Source of the DNA: Basidiobolus meristosporus CBS 931.73
Lineage: Eukaryota; Fungi; Basidiobolomycota
NCBI GenBank assembly: GCA_002104905.1
Contig: MCFE01000167.1
Coordinates: 62,001-126,000 of the forward strand
Reading direction: 5' to 3'
DNA: 64,000 nt
Shown here: positions 23,349 to 36,791 of the stretch, piece after piece
Numbering within the stretch: the stretch's first letter is position 1
Layout of the letters: each line of letters begins with the position of its first letter
Translations under genes and position numbers: made by a program
Notes under the pieces: generated by a model
Told to the model about the DNA's origin: nothing
The model's input: only the letters and a program-made list of their open reading frames with translations
The model's database searches: none

Positions 23349-25041
23349 ATGGACTTAACTGCCACTCAGAATTGGCTACGACAAGTATTAGCATCAGTAA
23401 GAGCTCGGTACACATATACTGTATAATCTCTATTCCTAAATACTTCGCTCTTCAACAGTATGCTCAGCAAGATCGAGTCTCCCGCGATGTGGAGGCTACA
23501 TTAAGGAATTTCCCTACGTTAGCACCCAAGATGGACAGATATAGTAAGTGAATGGTTTTCAGAGCACCCACACTTAAAAGCCTTGCTTAAATCTACTCCT
23601 GAACCTGATGATTTATTCAAAATTGCCAACTGACTCATTTCTTGTTTCATTTTTCGAGTGCAGCCACGGATGATGGCCACACTCAGATAATGCTTTGTCT
23701 TCATGGCACTGTTCCTATATCGTTTAGATCTAGCACTTACCACATTCCAGTTGCAATCTGGTTTCCGGTAAACTACCCATTAAGCCCGCCTATATCGTTT
23801 GTCACGCCTACGTCACAGATGCTTGTTCGACCCAGTAAGTTTGTAGATGTGAGTGGTAAGATTTACCACCCTTACCTAGCATACTGGGATACACGAAATG
23901 AGGTGAGGTTTTTAGTGATGATGCTTCCACAAGCCCTGTTGACCTAAACTTCCCCCGGATGAGCAGAAGAAGAGCACCACCACTGAACTGGTGGCCATTA
24001 TGCAACAAATCTTTAGCATCGAGCCCCCTGTCTACCAGAAACCCGACACAAGTTTACAGCCACAAAACCCCTCATCGAGTCCTTCCACTACGCAGCATCG
24101 GGTGTTGAACCCCATCAATTCCCCAGTCACCAGTGCAGTAAGCTCTGGCACTTCATCTCCTACACTACAGAGTACATCAATTCTTGGCAACCCCGTCCTA
24201 AATCAAGCTAATGGCTTTAGAGCCTATACGCGCTCACCAATCCCAGCAGAGGTGAGACGTTGCATTCGCGTATGAACGGCACTGCAATGGATCGTGATGT
24301 ATTTACCATACCATACTATTAGGCCTCACAATCAGAGCCGTTGCCACCAGCGCTCCCCACGAAACCCGAGAAGGTGATTTCCCTGCGAAATGCAGTGAAT
24401 GAGAAATTGGCCTCAAGGCTGCAGCACTTCAACAAGCAAATGGCCGGAGAGATGGACGCCTTGCTCATGGCAAACAAGGGGCTAAACCAAGGGACCGAAA
24501 TCATCGCGAACGAACGCAAACGTCTGGAGGAGATTGAGGTGAGTCACCTCGCCACCCGTGCCGTGACCCCTACTAAACCATCACCCAACAGGATCAACTT
24601 CGTACCAACATTGCAATCCTGTCGGAAAAGAACAAGGAGCTCACCGACCAGCTGGAGCAGATTCACAACGAACCCGATGTGGATGTGGATACGTTGATAT
24701 GTGGCATCAGCGACGACGATTCCCAGTAAGCAAACTCCCTCTGTCTTGCGACGCTTTTCCCCCATGCTAATGCACGTGAACCTTCAAGGCTCTTTGAACT
24801 TGTGGCTGACGAGAATGCCATCGAAGACGTGATCTACTATTTAGGAAAAGCGCTGAACTCTGAAAGAATCGACCTCGGTACATATATGAAGGCAAGTCCA
24901 ATCACCCCCGAGGCCACACAGGTCCGCAGTCACTAACCAGGCTCTTCACAGCATGTGCGTACAATTGCCAGAGAGCAGTTCATGCGGCGCGCTCTCATAA
25001 AAAAGATCCGTGATACAAAAATCTCCTCACGACACCTTTAA
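23349..25041 (+). CDS. VPS23: ESCRT-I subunit Vps23/TSG101 (UEV domain, coiled coil, SB domain); multi-exon
   Basis: Exon 1 MDLTATQNWLRQVLAS (GTAAG donor at 23397). UEV: LHGTVPISFRSSTYHIPVAIWFPVNYPLSPP...VDVSGKIYHPYL. SB: DENAIEDVIYYLGKAL...VRTIAREQFMRRALI. Stop TAA at 25039-25041. Confidence 0.95.
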
Positions 25042-28000
25042 TAGCCTCCGCCTCACCCATCCCACCCCACCCCACCTCTCCCATATCATTCATCATACTA
25101 CGATTACAGAATGATAGCCCAAACCACCTTCCAGAAGCTCATCAAGATTTCAATAGGCCACCGAGTTCAATAAAACCTCCTTTTGTTTCCATCGATACCC
25201 AGCACGGTCGATAGCATCCATTGAGGTTTTTCTAAGCCAACGCCGGCAAGTCGAAGCCTTGGTGTAGGAGTTGGTCCAGTCAACAAGCGCTCGATGAAGG
25301 AGCCTTAAGAAATGCAGCGGTGCCCAAGGCCGCTAGGCTCGGGCTTTATCCATGAGCCACGGCAAGTGTTGGGTATACAAATAGTGATATTCTGCATGTG
25401 TGTTTGCTGGGGAGCGGGTGAGAGCAAGAGATTACATCATCTCCGTTGTTAATGAGAATTGGCGTGGGTAAGGCAATAGATGCTCAACCTCGCCCAATTA
25501 AATCCCGTCATCTTATCGTTCAGGCGAACTGCTCAGACTAGATACGCAACGGGTATGCAGCAAGAGATTGAAGCGATCGCAATAGGCCTACCACCATCGT
25601 GGTGGCTGAGAAGATCAACAGTTGGGACAGCATCCAATCGACGACCAGAGTGGAACGATGGAATCGAGGTCCGGTGCTGGGTAGCGTATCGAATCAGCAT
25701 CGATGAAGAGCATTTGTGAACAGCGGCATAGGGATCCACTGCCATGGCCATTGGCCAGAGGAACCCCTCATCCGTGTGCAACGTAGATGTTGTTGGTGAC
25801 ATCCATTGTGGGCCTGTCACATCAAGTATCTTACAGCAACCTCATGATACTTCCTTTTTACCAACAGATGGATCAGTCTCAGCCATACCTCGCATGCCAG
25901 GCTTGGCGGGTAGATTCCCGTTGCACCAGATTCGCGGTCTCCTCTTCCCACCGCAGGATTGATCATCTTTTCCGCATCAAAGCAACCGACCCCACGATAC
26001 CGAAGCATATGGGCTGATTGTTCATCTTTCTAAGCCTATTCGGACTGCGAGTTCCTGGTAACGCGAGTCTGCATGATACAGAACGGATCACTCGGACAAC
26101 CCGTGGCCAGACTGACCATCAGCCAGGTGGAACCGAATGCTACCTGCAATGGCTAAATTTCAGACATGACTCCTTCGCCATCAGACAGAAGCGCTTCCAA
26201 TCTTCGTGGATATAGAAGCGGAAGCTGGATTCGGATTCGGATTTGGATCTCGAGAGGGACCAACTCAATGTGGAATGTGAATCATCCTGAGCACCTTTTG
26301 GATCTCCCGCAAGTAACCTCCGATTGGCTTCACTGGGTATCGTCTCGCCACCCTGCTGTAAACCTGTTTCACTGCCTAATCCATGAGCTTTCCGGACTAG
26401 CGTCGATGCGGGTGGAGTTTTGGCAGCAATCAAGCTGCCCATTTGGAACTCCTCGGCACCACCAGTACTTTCGGCGTTGGGTGAGATACGTTTCAGCGAT
26501 TTTCAACAACCGCCTGCACCAAACAAACCCCTAAATGAATTTTGGATTGGGCGAGTAACATCCCAGCGAGTGGCATAAGAATAGGACTGTCGCGAGCCGT
26601 GGGCCAATGGGAGCGGGCAAGGGATGCATGCATCATGGATTAGTACCCCATCTACTTGAATAAGCAACTTGCCACCGTTGATTGCCCATCGCCTGGATGA
26701 TGGAGCGGTATGAGGTTTACTGTGGGCCAGCTGATGGGCATGTGTCGCCGCTGACCCAGGGATGCTGGTTCCGCGGCGATGACACTATACAGTTGTCATA
26801 TCGTGCCAGACACTGGCCTAGGATCTCGAGGTGCTACGTAGCACCAACTACGAGATTGACGGTGAGCCGCAAGGCTTGCCTTGCGTCGAACCTGCTCCCT
26901 GCAGCTACAGTCCAGAGACTGGCTCTACCAGGACAGGGATTATCGGCCAATGAGCATGCCGGCAGATGAAGGGGGCTTTGATTCATCGCTTTCGTGGGTG
27001 CCAAACATCGCATGCTCTCTGGAATCCACTTGCCATTTTGGACCGCTCGCCTGGCCCTATCAGCGCAAGCGAGTTTGGTGTATGAATGGCTGTTGGAAAG
27101 GTAGCATTCATGTGGACACCCATCGCGGCCAACGTCTCTGTTATCGCAGATGGGCCGGCGAGTGGCTGGAGTCGACCTCAGCTGTTTTGGGTGGTCAGAT
27201 CAGTGAAACCGGCGTGAACAACTGGCACATCGCTGCCATCATCTACCAACTTCGAGTCCGGTAATTCTCCAGCTGGTTGATGATGGACATGATATGGCAT
27301 TGATTACCAGCGTCAAGGGAGTAAGACGTGCTCAGGAAGGTGCTCAATATCATTGGACGAGATCCTTTGACACCAGTGGGCGATCCCACCCCACATGTTG
27401 AGAGCCCCGTGCATTTTTTCACACATATGCCCAGGATCATTCAATCACCGATTTCAGCCAGAGTCCCTTGCCATGAATAGAAAGCCGTCAGGGAAATCAG
27501 GCTAATTGTTGGCCAAGAATAGGCTGACAAATTGCTGCGTGATGTCAACTGGGCGGTGGCCGGATTGAAAGGAGCCAACTTTGGATCCACTCCAGTTTGG
27601 ATCTTTCGCCTCAAGTGGGTTGCCCAAGTGCTCTGTGCGAAAGGTGACTGGTGGAATCTGCAGCCATGATTTGGGATAGATTGCCACGATCGATGAGTAA
27701 TGCGCTACCGTGGCCGGTACTTTACCGCCTTGGTAGCTTGTAAGCGCTATCTATCGATCACACATTTGACAACCAACGTGAGTTGTCAGAATATCGTCAC
27801 CCGGAGACGATTGGTACAGGTCGCGCTTTCAGGATGATGGGATGAGACCCGTGTGATTCGACAGCGTGCCCGCCGGTGCGACACCCACGACGCCGGCCAT
27901 TCACACCTACACCAGACCAATGGAGCGTTGCTCAACCGATCCCCTGGCCCGTCACAGAAGCTGGGCGGGATGCACTCAGCGCACCACCCGCGCAGCGCTC

Positions 28001-29581
28001 CGCATATCCATCTATGTGACACCGTTCTACAGGCAAGGTTGCGGCGCATCTGATCAGTCCTACCTCCCCGGCAAAAGAGTGACTGTTTGAGACCACCGGT
28101 GGTAGATCGCGTAGATTATGGCTTGATGGAAGGCGTATCTCCCAGCGCAATCCGCGACCCCCAGGATTGGATCCAACCAGGCTGGATCCGAACCGAACCC
28201 TATTCGACTCCGGCCTGGTGTTTCGAAAGAGAATATCAGCCAAATCAGGTGAACGGGGACATATCCGGTGGATTGAAAAAGAAAAACGTTTCACGTCCCG
28301 GTAGACGCAATATATTTTCAAGCGCCTTGATTGAATCTCGATCACCGGCGGTGAGAAGATTTTGCAAGAACGTGTCATCCAGCAGAGTGACCAGCTGAAC
28401 CTGGCCACTTCACTGTTCTTGAGCTTAACCGATTTAACTGACACGGGAGTGAGACACCGTGTGAAGCACACCGGGGACGCAAGAGCAATGACAACCACGA
28501 TGCTGAATCACATTCGAGACTGCCCTTGTCTTTTGGAAAGTATAAGCTGGATCTTCGATATGTTATTTCAATCGTTCTATTGAGTTGGATGAAATTGGCA
28601 GCCTACGGGCCAATCGTCTGGCGCGTTCCAACTTGGATTATCTCTGTCCAAACGGATCCAGCCAGTCTAGACGTTCCATTCTTGCAGTCACTTGACAAAA
28701 GAACAATGTGTGCTGATGACGCACCTATTGGGACAACTGGGTTGCCATTTTAGTGCAAGCCGTGATAGGATACCGTTTTGGAGCAGGATGATTGTGGATC
28801 GAGTTACCATTCATCTGTGGGCTCGAACAAAGGGTATGTTTCGAGCGATGGCGAGTTGCGAATCCTTTCGTATGGCGATTCATGTGGAATCGGCAGTCTC
28901 CCAGCAGCACCGCCAGAGGCACGCACCTGTGGTCTTCCGCTTCGTCCGGTTCTTGCTTGCGGATCGCGCGGCCCCGATGGCACTCACCACTGGTCAGCGG
29001 CGTGCATGACTAGAGCTGCAAGGGCTACAGGGCGAGCCAAGTTGGCCAACACCTGTATCTGAGTGGATCCACCCGTTAAGGCGAAGAAAAATCTTGGCTA
29101 AAAATAAGCCGAAACTCGTGATTGAGTGGTTTGATTCGAGGGTGCGTGAACGGGATGGAATTGATTTTGAATTGTTACCCAGTCCCAAAGGCCATAGCTG
29201 AAAATCATCATCAAAACCTAAAAATAAGGCCAAATGGGTTCGATGGGTTCGATTTGGTACGAAACCTCCAATGGTGAGTGACGTTGGATCTTGCATCTGG
29301 GACATCATAAACCTTTATAAGGGCAGCGGCTTCCAGACTGGTGATGGTCACTTCTGCCTTGATAATTCATCAGTCTCCTCCTAGCCTCTTGATAGATCAT
29401 CCCACTTGGCTACCATTTTGTTGTCACACTCCTGGAGCTTGTTCTCTGCTTGTCCACCGTGCTGAATTGTTATACCCGAGGCTTCTCCAACCTGTGGAGA
29501 CTCGCATATACCCACTTTATTTAGCTCGCCATCTGTTCATATAATACCCTGAACGAATACCTTGTCTTAGATATACTTACA

Positions 29582-30893
29582 ATGATCAAAACCGAGGACT
29601 ATTTGGTTGATGATCTCAACATGGAGCCTGAGTCTCCAACCGCCGCGGAGGGCAAAGAGGTTAAACGAAGAAATAGATTGAATCCTCGACAGGTCAATCG
29701 TTTGATGCAGGTATTTGAGCAAACAGCCAAACCCAAGGCGGACATCCGCCACAAGTTGGCAGAGGAGCTTGGGATGCACCCTCGTGCTGTACAGATCTGG
29801 TTCCAGAATAGAAGACAGAAGTTGAAGAAGGAGAGCCTGGAGGCCACCTCTGCGGAATCGAAATTCCCGATTGACCAGGCGAAGTTGACGCTGTGTGACG
29901 CCAAGCAGGTTTATTCTCACCCCCAGGACGCCTATTTTGGCCTTCCGTTCAGCAACTTTCCCCAATTGGTGAAGCCAGGCATTGCCAACGGTCCATCCAG
30001 TGGATTTCAGACTCCTCCAACCAACGTTGCTCTTCTCTCGGGGCTAGGGTTAGTTTCGAATCAGGGATCTATCCACTCCTCAGCTACCCCTTTATCCTTA
30101 TCCCACACCGGTAAAACTGCAGTTTTTCTTTCCTGACACCCACACATAGTCGGCTAATCTTCGGCCAAACTTTCTAGATTACCAAGACACCGTACAACCG
30201 TTGGACAGCGGAGTCCACAACTCCTTGACTTTGCTACAGGGATGCGATTCTCTTCCGGTGCAGCAAGATGTCTCATTCTCAAATCTATTCAACTCGAATG
30301 AATTGGAGTTGATGCTTGATGGGTCGCCCCCCTCCGGTACCTCTATTTCAGCCACATCCAGTGAAGCCAACTGCCCCGACCAGTTGGTCGATATGGGCTC
30401 TACCATCAATAATGGCTCCCCTTTCATGTACGCTGTGTTGGATTCGTTTGGTTTGGATCTGTCCACCCAGATTGGAATGCTACAACGGCAGCAGTCCTTC
30501 CCCCAGAACTACCCGGCCAAACGAAAAGCCTACTCCTGGCAGGATCTATGCCAGATGGTTCCTCCGTCGCAAGAGCTGGATCCTGTGTCCAGCACGCTAA
30601 GTATCAATCGGACGAAACTTCCCAACATCAAGCGGAACGCATCAGACGCAGGCTATAGCCTAAGCCAGTACCCAGTAATTATGCCCAACGGGTTGGATCA
30701 GGGCCAGAGCAGAGCCATGAACGCACGATCACATAGCGACCCGTTTGCTGTGGAATCCTACCGAGAAGCAAAAAGACTAAAGCTGTTCAACGAAAACCGG
30801 GGCAACGGCAACCCTCTTTCTTCGGTCCTAACAATGGACCAAGAAAGCTCCAGCACCGCAGGCGGGCTCAGCAATATGCTTGCCTACCTGTAG
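29582..30893 (+). CDS. Homeodomain transcription factor (2 exons: 29582-30110 and 30178-30893; about 414 aa)
   Basis: Homeodomain KRRNRLNPRQ...LAEELGMHPRAVQIWFQNRRQK. A phase-1 GT-AG intron with a CTAAT branch site joins the two ORFs in frame. Confidence 0.92.
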
Positions 30894-31657
30894 ATGGTTT
30901 TTGAAGGCAGTCCCAGGCTGTGGGTGGTATCGTATTTAAATGTGCTCCTTCTTGTGGAATTTTTTGTTGGCATTTTGCGTATATATATTACTAGTATTGT
31001 TTCCTAAACCCGTACAATATTTAATAATGGTCGCTTGATTGTTTACCACAGTAGCGATGGCAATTCCATCGTACATTTGACCTATCCGTGATAACAACTG
31101 GTACAATTTTGTGTATTTCCTGATCAATGTTAGAACTTCGAACAATCGAAATGATTATTTAACTCTATAAATACTATGTAACAAACACCTCGGTTGCGGT
31201 TTTTTCGTTGCGAGGCGCGGGGAGAGGGAGTAGCGAACGTTCGTAGCCCCATCGTCAACTGCTCTAACCTGTATTGCGGTTGAAACATCTGGTGTAGGGT
31301 ATGATGTAGTAGGGATAAACCTCATCGATAAATAGTCATTGCGGCGAAATACCAACAGGAATGGAGGGTTCTTCACTCTGGGATCTTGCCCATCGTTGCC
31401 AAGTCTGCCATTGCTTTGGTCCGAGTGAAGCGTGTGGACATGCCACGCTATGATAGTAACTAGAGACAAAAATTACTAACTATCGAGAAACATCCCTCCC
31501 TGGGTCTTTCGGTATACTCCTCATACATTGGTGAGTAATGGTTCTGGATCTGGGTGATTAGATGCCAGCACGCTCAATCAGACTAAGCACCGCACAGCTT
31601 CTTGCAGAGATGGTGCACAATCCTGACAACGTCTAAGTTATGTTTATTTGCTCAAGA

Positions 31658-32644
31658 TCACTCTATAATCTCTAGATCACTCTTACGATCCTTCGCATAT
31701 GTATCTTTGTGGCGATCAAAGAGCTCACATAAAGCCTTGATGTATTCATTCTGGAGGTTTGCGATTGCTTCCGGTGTGATCTCCTCCGGCTTGAGCTTTT
31801 TTACGGGGATAGGCTTCCCGATAACACACACTATCGGGTGAGATCTGGGCAAAAGCCAGTAGTACATGACTGGAGCAAAATGGATTCTTTTTTGCAACCA
31901 TTTCTGCGTATTACGCAACCAAGGGATCCGGATTTGTGAATACAGGTCGGTTTCACCAAACACATAGGTGGGGACCAAACTTGCTCCGTTGAGAAGTGCG
32001 AGACGGAACATACCCTTGCGCTTCTTCAACACCAGGCGATGAGTGCCAGGTTCTGAATGTAGGGCTTCAGCTGCACCACCAGGAAGAAGTCCAACTGCCT
32101 TACCAACACCCAGCTCAGGATTCTTGGGATCTCTCTGAGAGAGCAAGTAATTGATACTCTCGGGATTAGCACTAACAAAGCCTCGCCAGAGCAAGTACTC
32201 TCGAAGGAATGGAAGGTTGAGATTTAGATTTAGAGTAACCAAACGCATATCGATGCCGGGGAAAAGTTCGGAAAACCCACAGGCATCACTAGCAAGGCAC
32301 GTCTGGGCCCCGAAGCCCCATACACCGTGAGGATGTGTGGATAAGATGTAGTTTTGATCTGTTGGAAGCTCCACCTCCTTGTGAATCTTGGCAGGGAAGT
32401 GCTCGCCAAAATATCTCTGTATTTTTGAGCCCCGCATCCAAGTGTTCGAACGACCACCGGTAGAGGAAGTCTTCCGGTCAAAGATGAAGATCCACCCGAG
32501 ATAGATCAGATAAAAAGGAAACAAGACCGAGGAGGAGAAACACAGAATGTTAAGCAATATCACCACCAGTAGTAGGCAAGACATAGCAAGCACACTAAGT
32601 CTAATGTACAACTGTGGAGTACTCTTTCTGGGGATGGTTTCCAT
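31658..32644 (-). CDS. DGA1: Diacylglycerol acyltransferase, DGAT2/MOGAT family
   Basis: N-terminal hydrophobic segment; HPHG, GGAAEAL and RKGMFRLALLNGASLVPTYVFGE motifs. The start is placed at the first ATG; an upstream exon is not excluded. Confidence 0.92.
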   Translation of the reverse strand: METIPRKSTPQLYIRLSVLAMSCLLLVVILLNILCFSSSVLFPFYLIYLGWIFIFDRKTSSTGGRSNTWMRGSKIQRYFGEHFPAKIHKEVELPTDQNYILSTHPHGVWGFGAQTCLASDACGFSELFPGIDMRLVTLNLNLNLPFLREYLLWRGFVSANPESINYLLSQRDPKNPELGVGKAVGLLPGGAAEALHSEPGTHRLVLKKRKGMFRLALLNGASLVPTYVFGETDLYSQIRIPWLRNTQKWLQKRIHFAPVMYYWLLPRSHPIVCVIGKPIPVKKLKPEEITPEAIANLQNEYIKALCELFDRHKDTYAKDRKSDLEIIE

Positions 32645-33201
32645 CTTCGTGACCGCAACTGTGCTCAAACTGAACAACTCAAAGGGAAATTAAAAAACTC
32701 TGCCTCCTATGGCTAGGATATTAACGAAATATGTATGTGTCTAGACTGATTCATGACTAGATATCATCCTATTACGTGATTTAGCAGGCAATGGGTGTCC
32801 AATATCACAATACGTAAACATCCATCCATAGGAAGCGCGTTTGCATCATCAGCGTGAATGGGAAGGAGGATCTGTGCCAATGGCGAAGATAATGCTACTA
32901 CTGCTTCGGCCCACATGGTGCGCAATCAAATACATGTATCGTGCTCGAGATAAAGAAACTGTATAATTCACTTGTATTGATGTTCATTCTATTCACTGAT
33001 CATGTCCCCCCAGTCACCGCTCACAATCGAATTTTATCGATTGAGCTTTTGAACTTGACTTAGGTGTTAATTTTCTGCAAACTAATCTCAACGTCACACA
33101 ATATCTGATAGCCAGGTTGATTAATGAGCCAAAACACGTGATGATTTCGAGAGGATTTCAGAGCTCTAGCTTCTGGAACAGCTCTAATTTATATATTTAT
33201 C

Positions 33202-34642
33202 ATGGAAGCTGGGCCACAACCCGACGAGCCTTTGGCATGGTCCAATGTTGGCATTGCAACCGGTTTGCTTCTAATCAATGGTCAGTATAATTGTTGGAAT
33301 ATTGTAGCTTCGAGTATTAAACTCTCAGCGACACACATAGGCGCAATTTCCCTCTACATGGGCCTTCGTTTGGAGAAGTCGCTTATCATAAGCGGTGTCC
33401 GCTCCGTAGTGCAGTTGACGTTGATGGGAATGATTCTTGAAGATGTATTCAAAACCAAGAACCCGTTTATTATTTTCGGAATGGCAGGTTCATAAAGTTA
33501 CCAGCATGTATTTTTGGCCACCGCAACTGAGGCATTTCTGGCATCTTCTAGGGGTTCTTGTACTTCTAGGCGCCTACGAAACCACGTTCAACAAAAGCAA
33601 GAGAAGACACTCTGGCATGGTGCGAAGCGATTCTTTATTTACATGCAGCGATTCGTTGACCTTTTTCTTTCTCATAGTTCATATCAGTTCTTATATCGAT
33701 GTTCTGCAGCACGCTTCTCATCGGGCTGATCGGTAACCCATTTTGGCTGCTCAGTGCTGTACATTTCAGATATTAACCTCGCACTTAGGAAACGCATTTG
33801 CCATGAACGTTTCTCCCGTCTGGACTGCACATAAATTTATACCCACCTTGGGGATGCTTTTGGGCAACTGCATGACCGGAATGGCTTTGGGGATAAGTTC
33901 CTGTCTAAACCAATTTTGGTACGTTCTTCGTATGTATCTCGGTATGGCCATATACTCACCTGGCCACGTACAGCGATAACAAGGAGCGTCTAGAAATGTC
34001 TTTAGGACTCGGCGCATCAAGATGGGAGGCGGGTAGGCCTGTCGCAGTAGAAGCTATTAGAGTAGCTATGCTGCCAACCATCAATTCCATGAGGTAACGA
34101 AGTAGGATCATACTGGCTAGATGTCCAATTGTACTGACCATCATGTTGAATATGCTTCGTTTACTAGTGTTATGGGATTGATCTCCATTCCAGGTCAGCA
34201 TGTAGCGTAGCTTCTAGATGACTTCTGATTGTTGATCCAATGTTCCTAGGGATGATGACTGGCCAAATCCTCGGAGGAGCCCCAGTTATGGATGCCGTTA
34301 AGTACCAGCAAATTATAATGTTTATGATTGCGGCCTCGACCTCTCTTGGAACCCTGGGCGCAGTGTTGGTAAGCAGCTTTTTTTGGCAGGCATGGATGGA
34401 AGCATTGTCCTCACTCTTGCGAATCACAGACTTGTATTTCTATCTGCCTAGACTCCGATCATCGTCTGCGACTAGACCGTATTTACAATGCTGGTCAGAG
34501 CTCGATATTTACTTGGGCCACGGTGAAAGACGTTTTCTCGAACTCCAAGCCCGCATCCTCAGCGCCAGAAACCAGATCTTTGTTAGCCAAGGTTCGGAAT
34601 TATGGCGGCGCCAGTAGGCATAGTTCTAGCACTTCGGTCTGA
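33202..34642 (+). CDS. UPF0014 family membrane protein (YbbM/FetB, STAR2/ALS3-like); multi-exon
   Basis: LRLEKSLIISGVRSVVQLTLMGMIL, FIPTLGMLLGNCMTG, IPGMMTGQILGG and AVKYQQIIMFMIAAS are typical of the family; stop TGA at 34640-34642. Confidence 0.88.
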
Positions 34643-36083
34643 ATTTAGTTACCTGTGGAGCACAGCTATTACTATCAACAGCTACCATTCTCGTTGGCCG
34701 GATCTAGTATCAAGCGCTGTAGGTGCCCAACCCACATTCAATAAACCATGCTTCGATAAACGCGTGCCAACTACCTCGGATTACTCGTTAGAAACTCTCA
34801 TCATTATGTTAGTGGGAAATGATTGCCGAGTTCCAAGGTCAAGGCCACGATCCATCTGTGTGTCACTCTAGAGACGTGGCGTGACAGGGATTCTGCACCG
34901 CTGGCGATGGAACTCAATGCCGTAGTATCTCTGGACATTGAATCATCCAGCAGGATATTTAATGTACTATCAGTCATCTCGAAACCGCAGATGCTTTCAT
35001 TAATGTGCCCCGTAAAGTACATGGCTACCCATATACGTGAAGATGACCTAGGTCTACATCAGCTGTTTATGCAGTTCCCATACACAGCTAGTGCCCTGGT
35101 GTGGCATCCGAATCTGACTAGCTCAACGGAAAACAATAGGTCTCAAACATGGCTGTATCCTCCTGAGCAAATATGACACTGTACGTGTTTACTTCTCCTT
35201 ATACCTTAGACCACAAGCGCTAAGTGTATTTGTATTGATTGCGGGTTTAAGGTTGGTCGGTGTAGACAAGCTCGCTTCCCACTCCTAATCCGCGGCTCTC
35301 CAATCAATCCATATCCGTAGTATGTATCATTTTCCGACCTCTTTAAGCCCTCATTCAGCCCACATCACCAATGCATCAATTTGTCGATGATTCTGCCAAG
35401 CTTTAGACACAAATAGATTATCCTTGATTCTTCAGGCTTGATCTTGGCTGGCCTACCTACTTGATTCGAAGAGTCGCCTCCCCAGCGTTTCTAGAAAAGG
35501 CTTAACCATGAGGCGGATGCTCGTTGACTGTGCTGTTTTGCTTATTACTGATACATCGCAGTTCACATGCCAAATTGACTGAATCCTGAGATCCTGGCCG
35601 TCCATGGGTGCTGTTTGCCGTGAAGGCGCGGTAGCGATTTACATGGTATGCATCATATTTCGCCTGATTTCCTGCGCGATCACAAAGGTAGAGCTGAGGC
35701 TTCAGGCTGTTGACGCTCAACAGACGTACAGAAAGCCTTAATAGAAGGTGATCCCCTGCCTCGCAAGACAGCAATCAGTTTTATCTCATTTCCGGTCTCA
35801 TTTTGGATTCTCATTACCTGTTCTTTATAGAAGCCTCACCCACCAAACATACAGATATTAAATATGAATCAACCGCACGATGAATAGAACTCCTATTCAC
35901 AAGGTTATATAAATGATGATTAGTCACCTCGTAACGTCACAACAAAGCGATCACCTATACATATACATTATCCTTGGTGCTGCATGCCTCGTATTCTTTA
36001 AAAGTAAAAGACATCTGCCCAGCCCAGCCCCACCACATCCTTTCCCAGCCAGTCTTGTTTTCATCGGCGTTTTACTGCCTGCC

Positions 36084-36791
36084 ATGCTCTATTATCCTCA
36101 TGTCCCCATTGGCGATGGCCGGTTGCAGTTTAGCCAGCGCGCTCAGCAAGCGGTCACGATCTTTTCCACATTTACCGCGCGAGTTATCAGCGGACTCTGG
36201 CACGAAGATCGACCCCCCGGCGATGCTCTTGCGAGTAAGTCTGCTGAGTACCCCGTTCAAAAGAACCATCTCTTTGAGATATTTTGCTCCAGAGTGCTTG
36301 CCTGGAGCAAGGCTTCGAAATTAACCGTGTATCTTAGTTTGAAATACATCCATCGGCTAAAAGTCTATCGGCCCGAGATCCAGGGGGCAAAAGGATCGGA
36401 GTATCGACTATTCGTGATCGCACTCTTGGTCGCCCAGAAAATGTTGGAGGATAAATCGTTCAACAACAAAACCTGGGCGGTGATAACGGGGCTCACTGCT
36501 CGGGAGATCAGTGTCATGGAGAGAGAGTTTTTCCAGTGCTTAAATTGGGACATCCACGTCTGCCATGTCGAGTTTGAATATTGGAGGGCGAGTTTGGAAC
36601 AACAGTACGACTACTTCCACGCATACATGTCCCGATCTGAGTCGCGTATCGGCCTACACCACATGCCACCATCCTTCTCCCATCCATATCACACGCACCC
36701 ACCCGTTTACACAACGCTGCCGAGCACTACTCATCCCCATCCATATCAATACACAGTTTCGAAGCGGCGTCGGTTTTCCGCCATATATTAG
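36084..36791 (+). CDS. Pho85-type cyclin (Pcl/Clg1/Pho80 superfamily)
   Basis: Cyclin box LSLKYIHRL...GSEYRLFVIALLVAQKMLEDKSFNNKTWA...SVMEREFFQCLNWDIHV. The start is uncertain (an upstream in-frame ATG lies at 35913). Confidence 0.9.
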   Translation: MLYYPHVPIGDGRLQFSQRAQQAVTIFSTFTARVISGLWHEDRPPGDALASKSAEYPVQKNHLFEIFCSRVLAWSKASKLTVYLSLKYIHRLKVYRPEIQGAKGSEYRLFVIALLVAQKMLEDKSFNNKTWAVITGLTAREISVMEREFFQCLNWDIHVCHVEFEYWRASLEQQYDYFHAYMSRSESRIGLHHMPPSFSHPYHTHPPVYTTLPSTTHPHPYQYTVSKRRRFSAIY

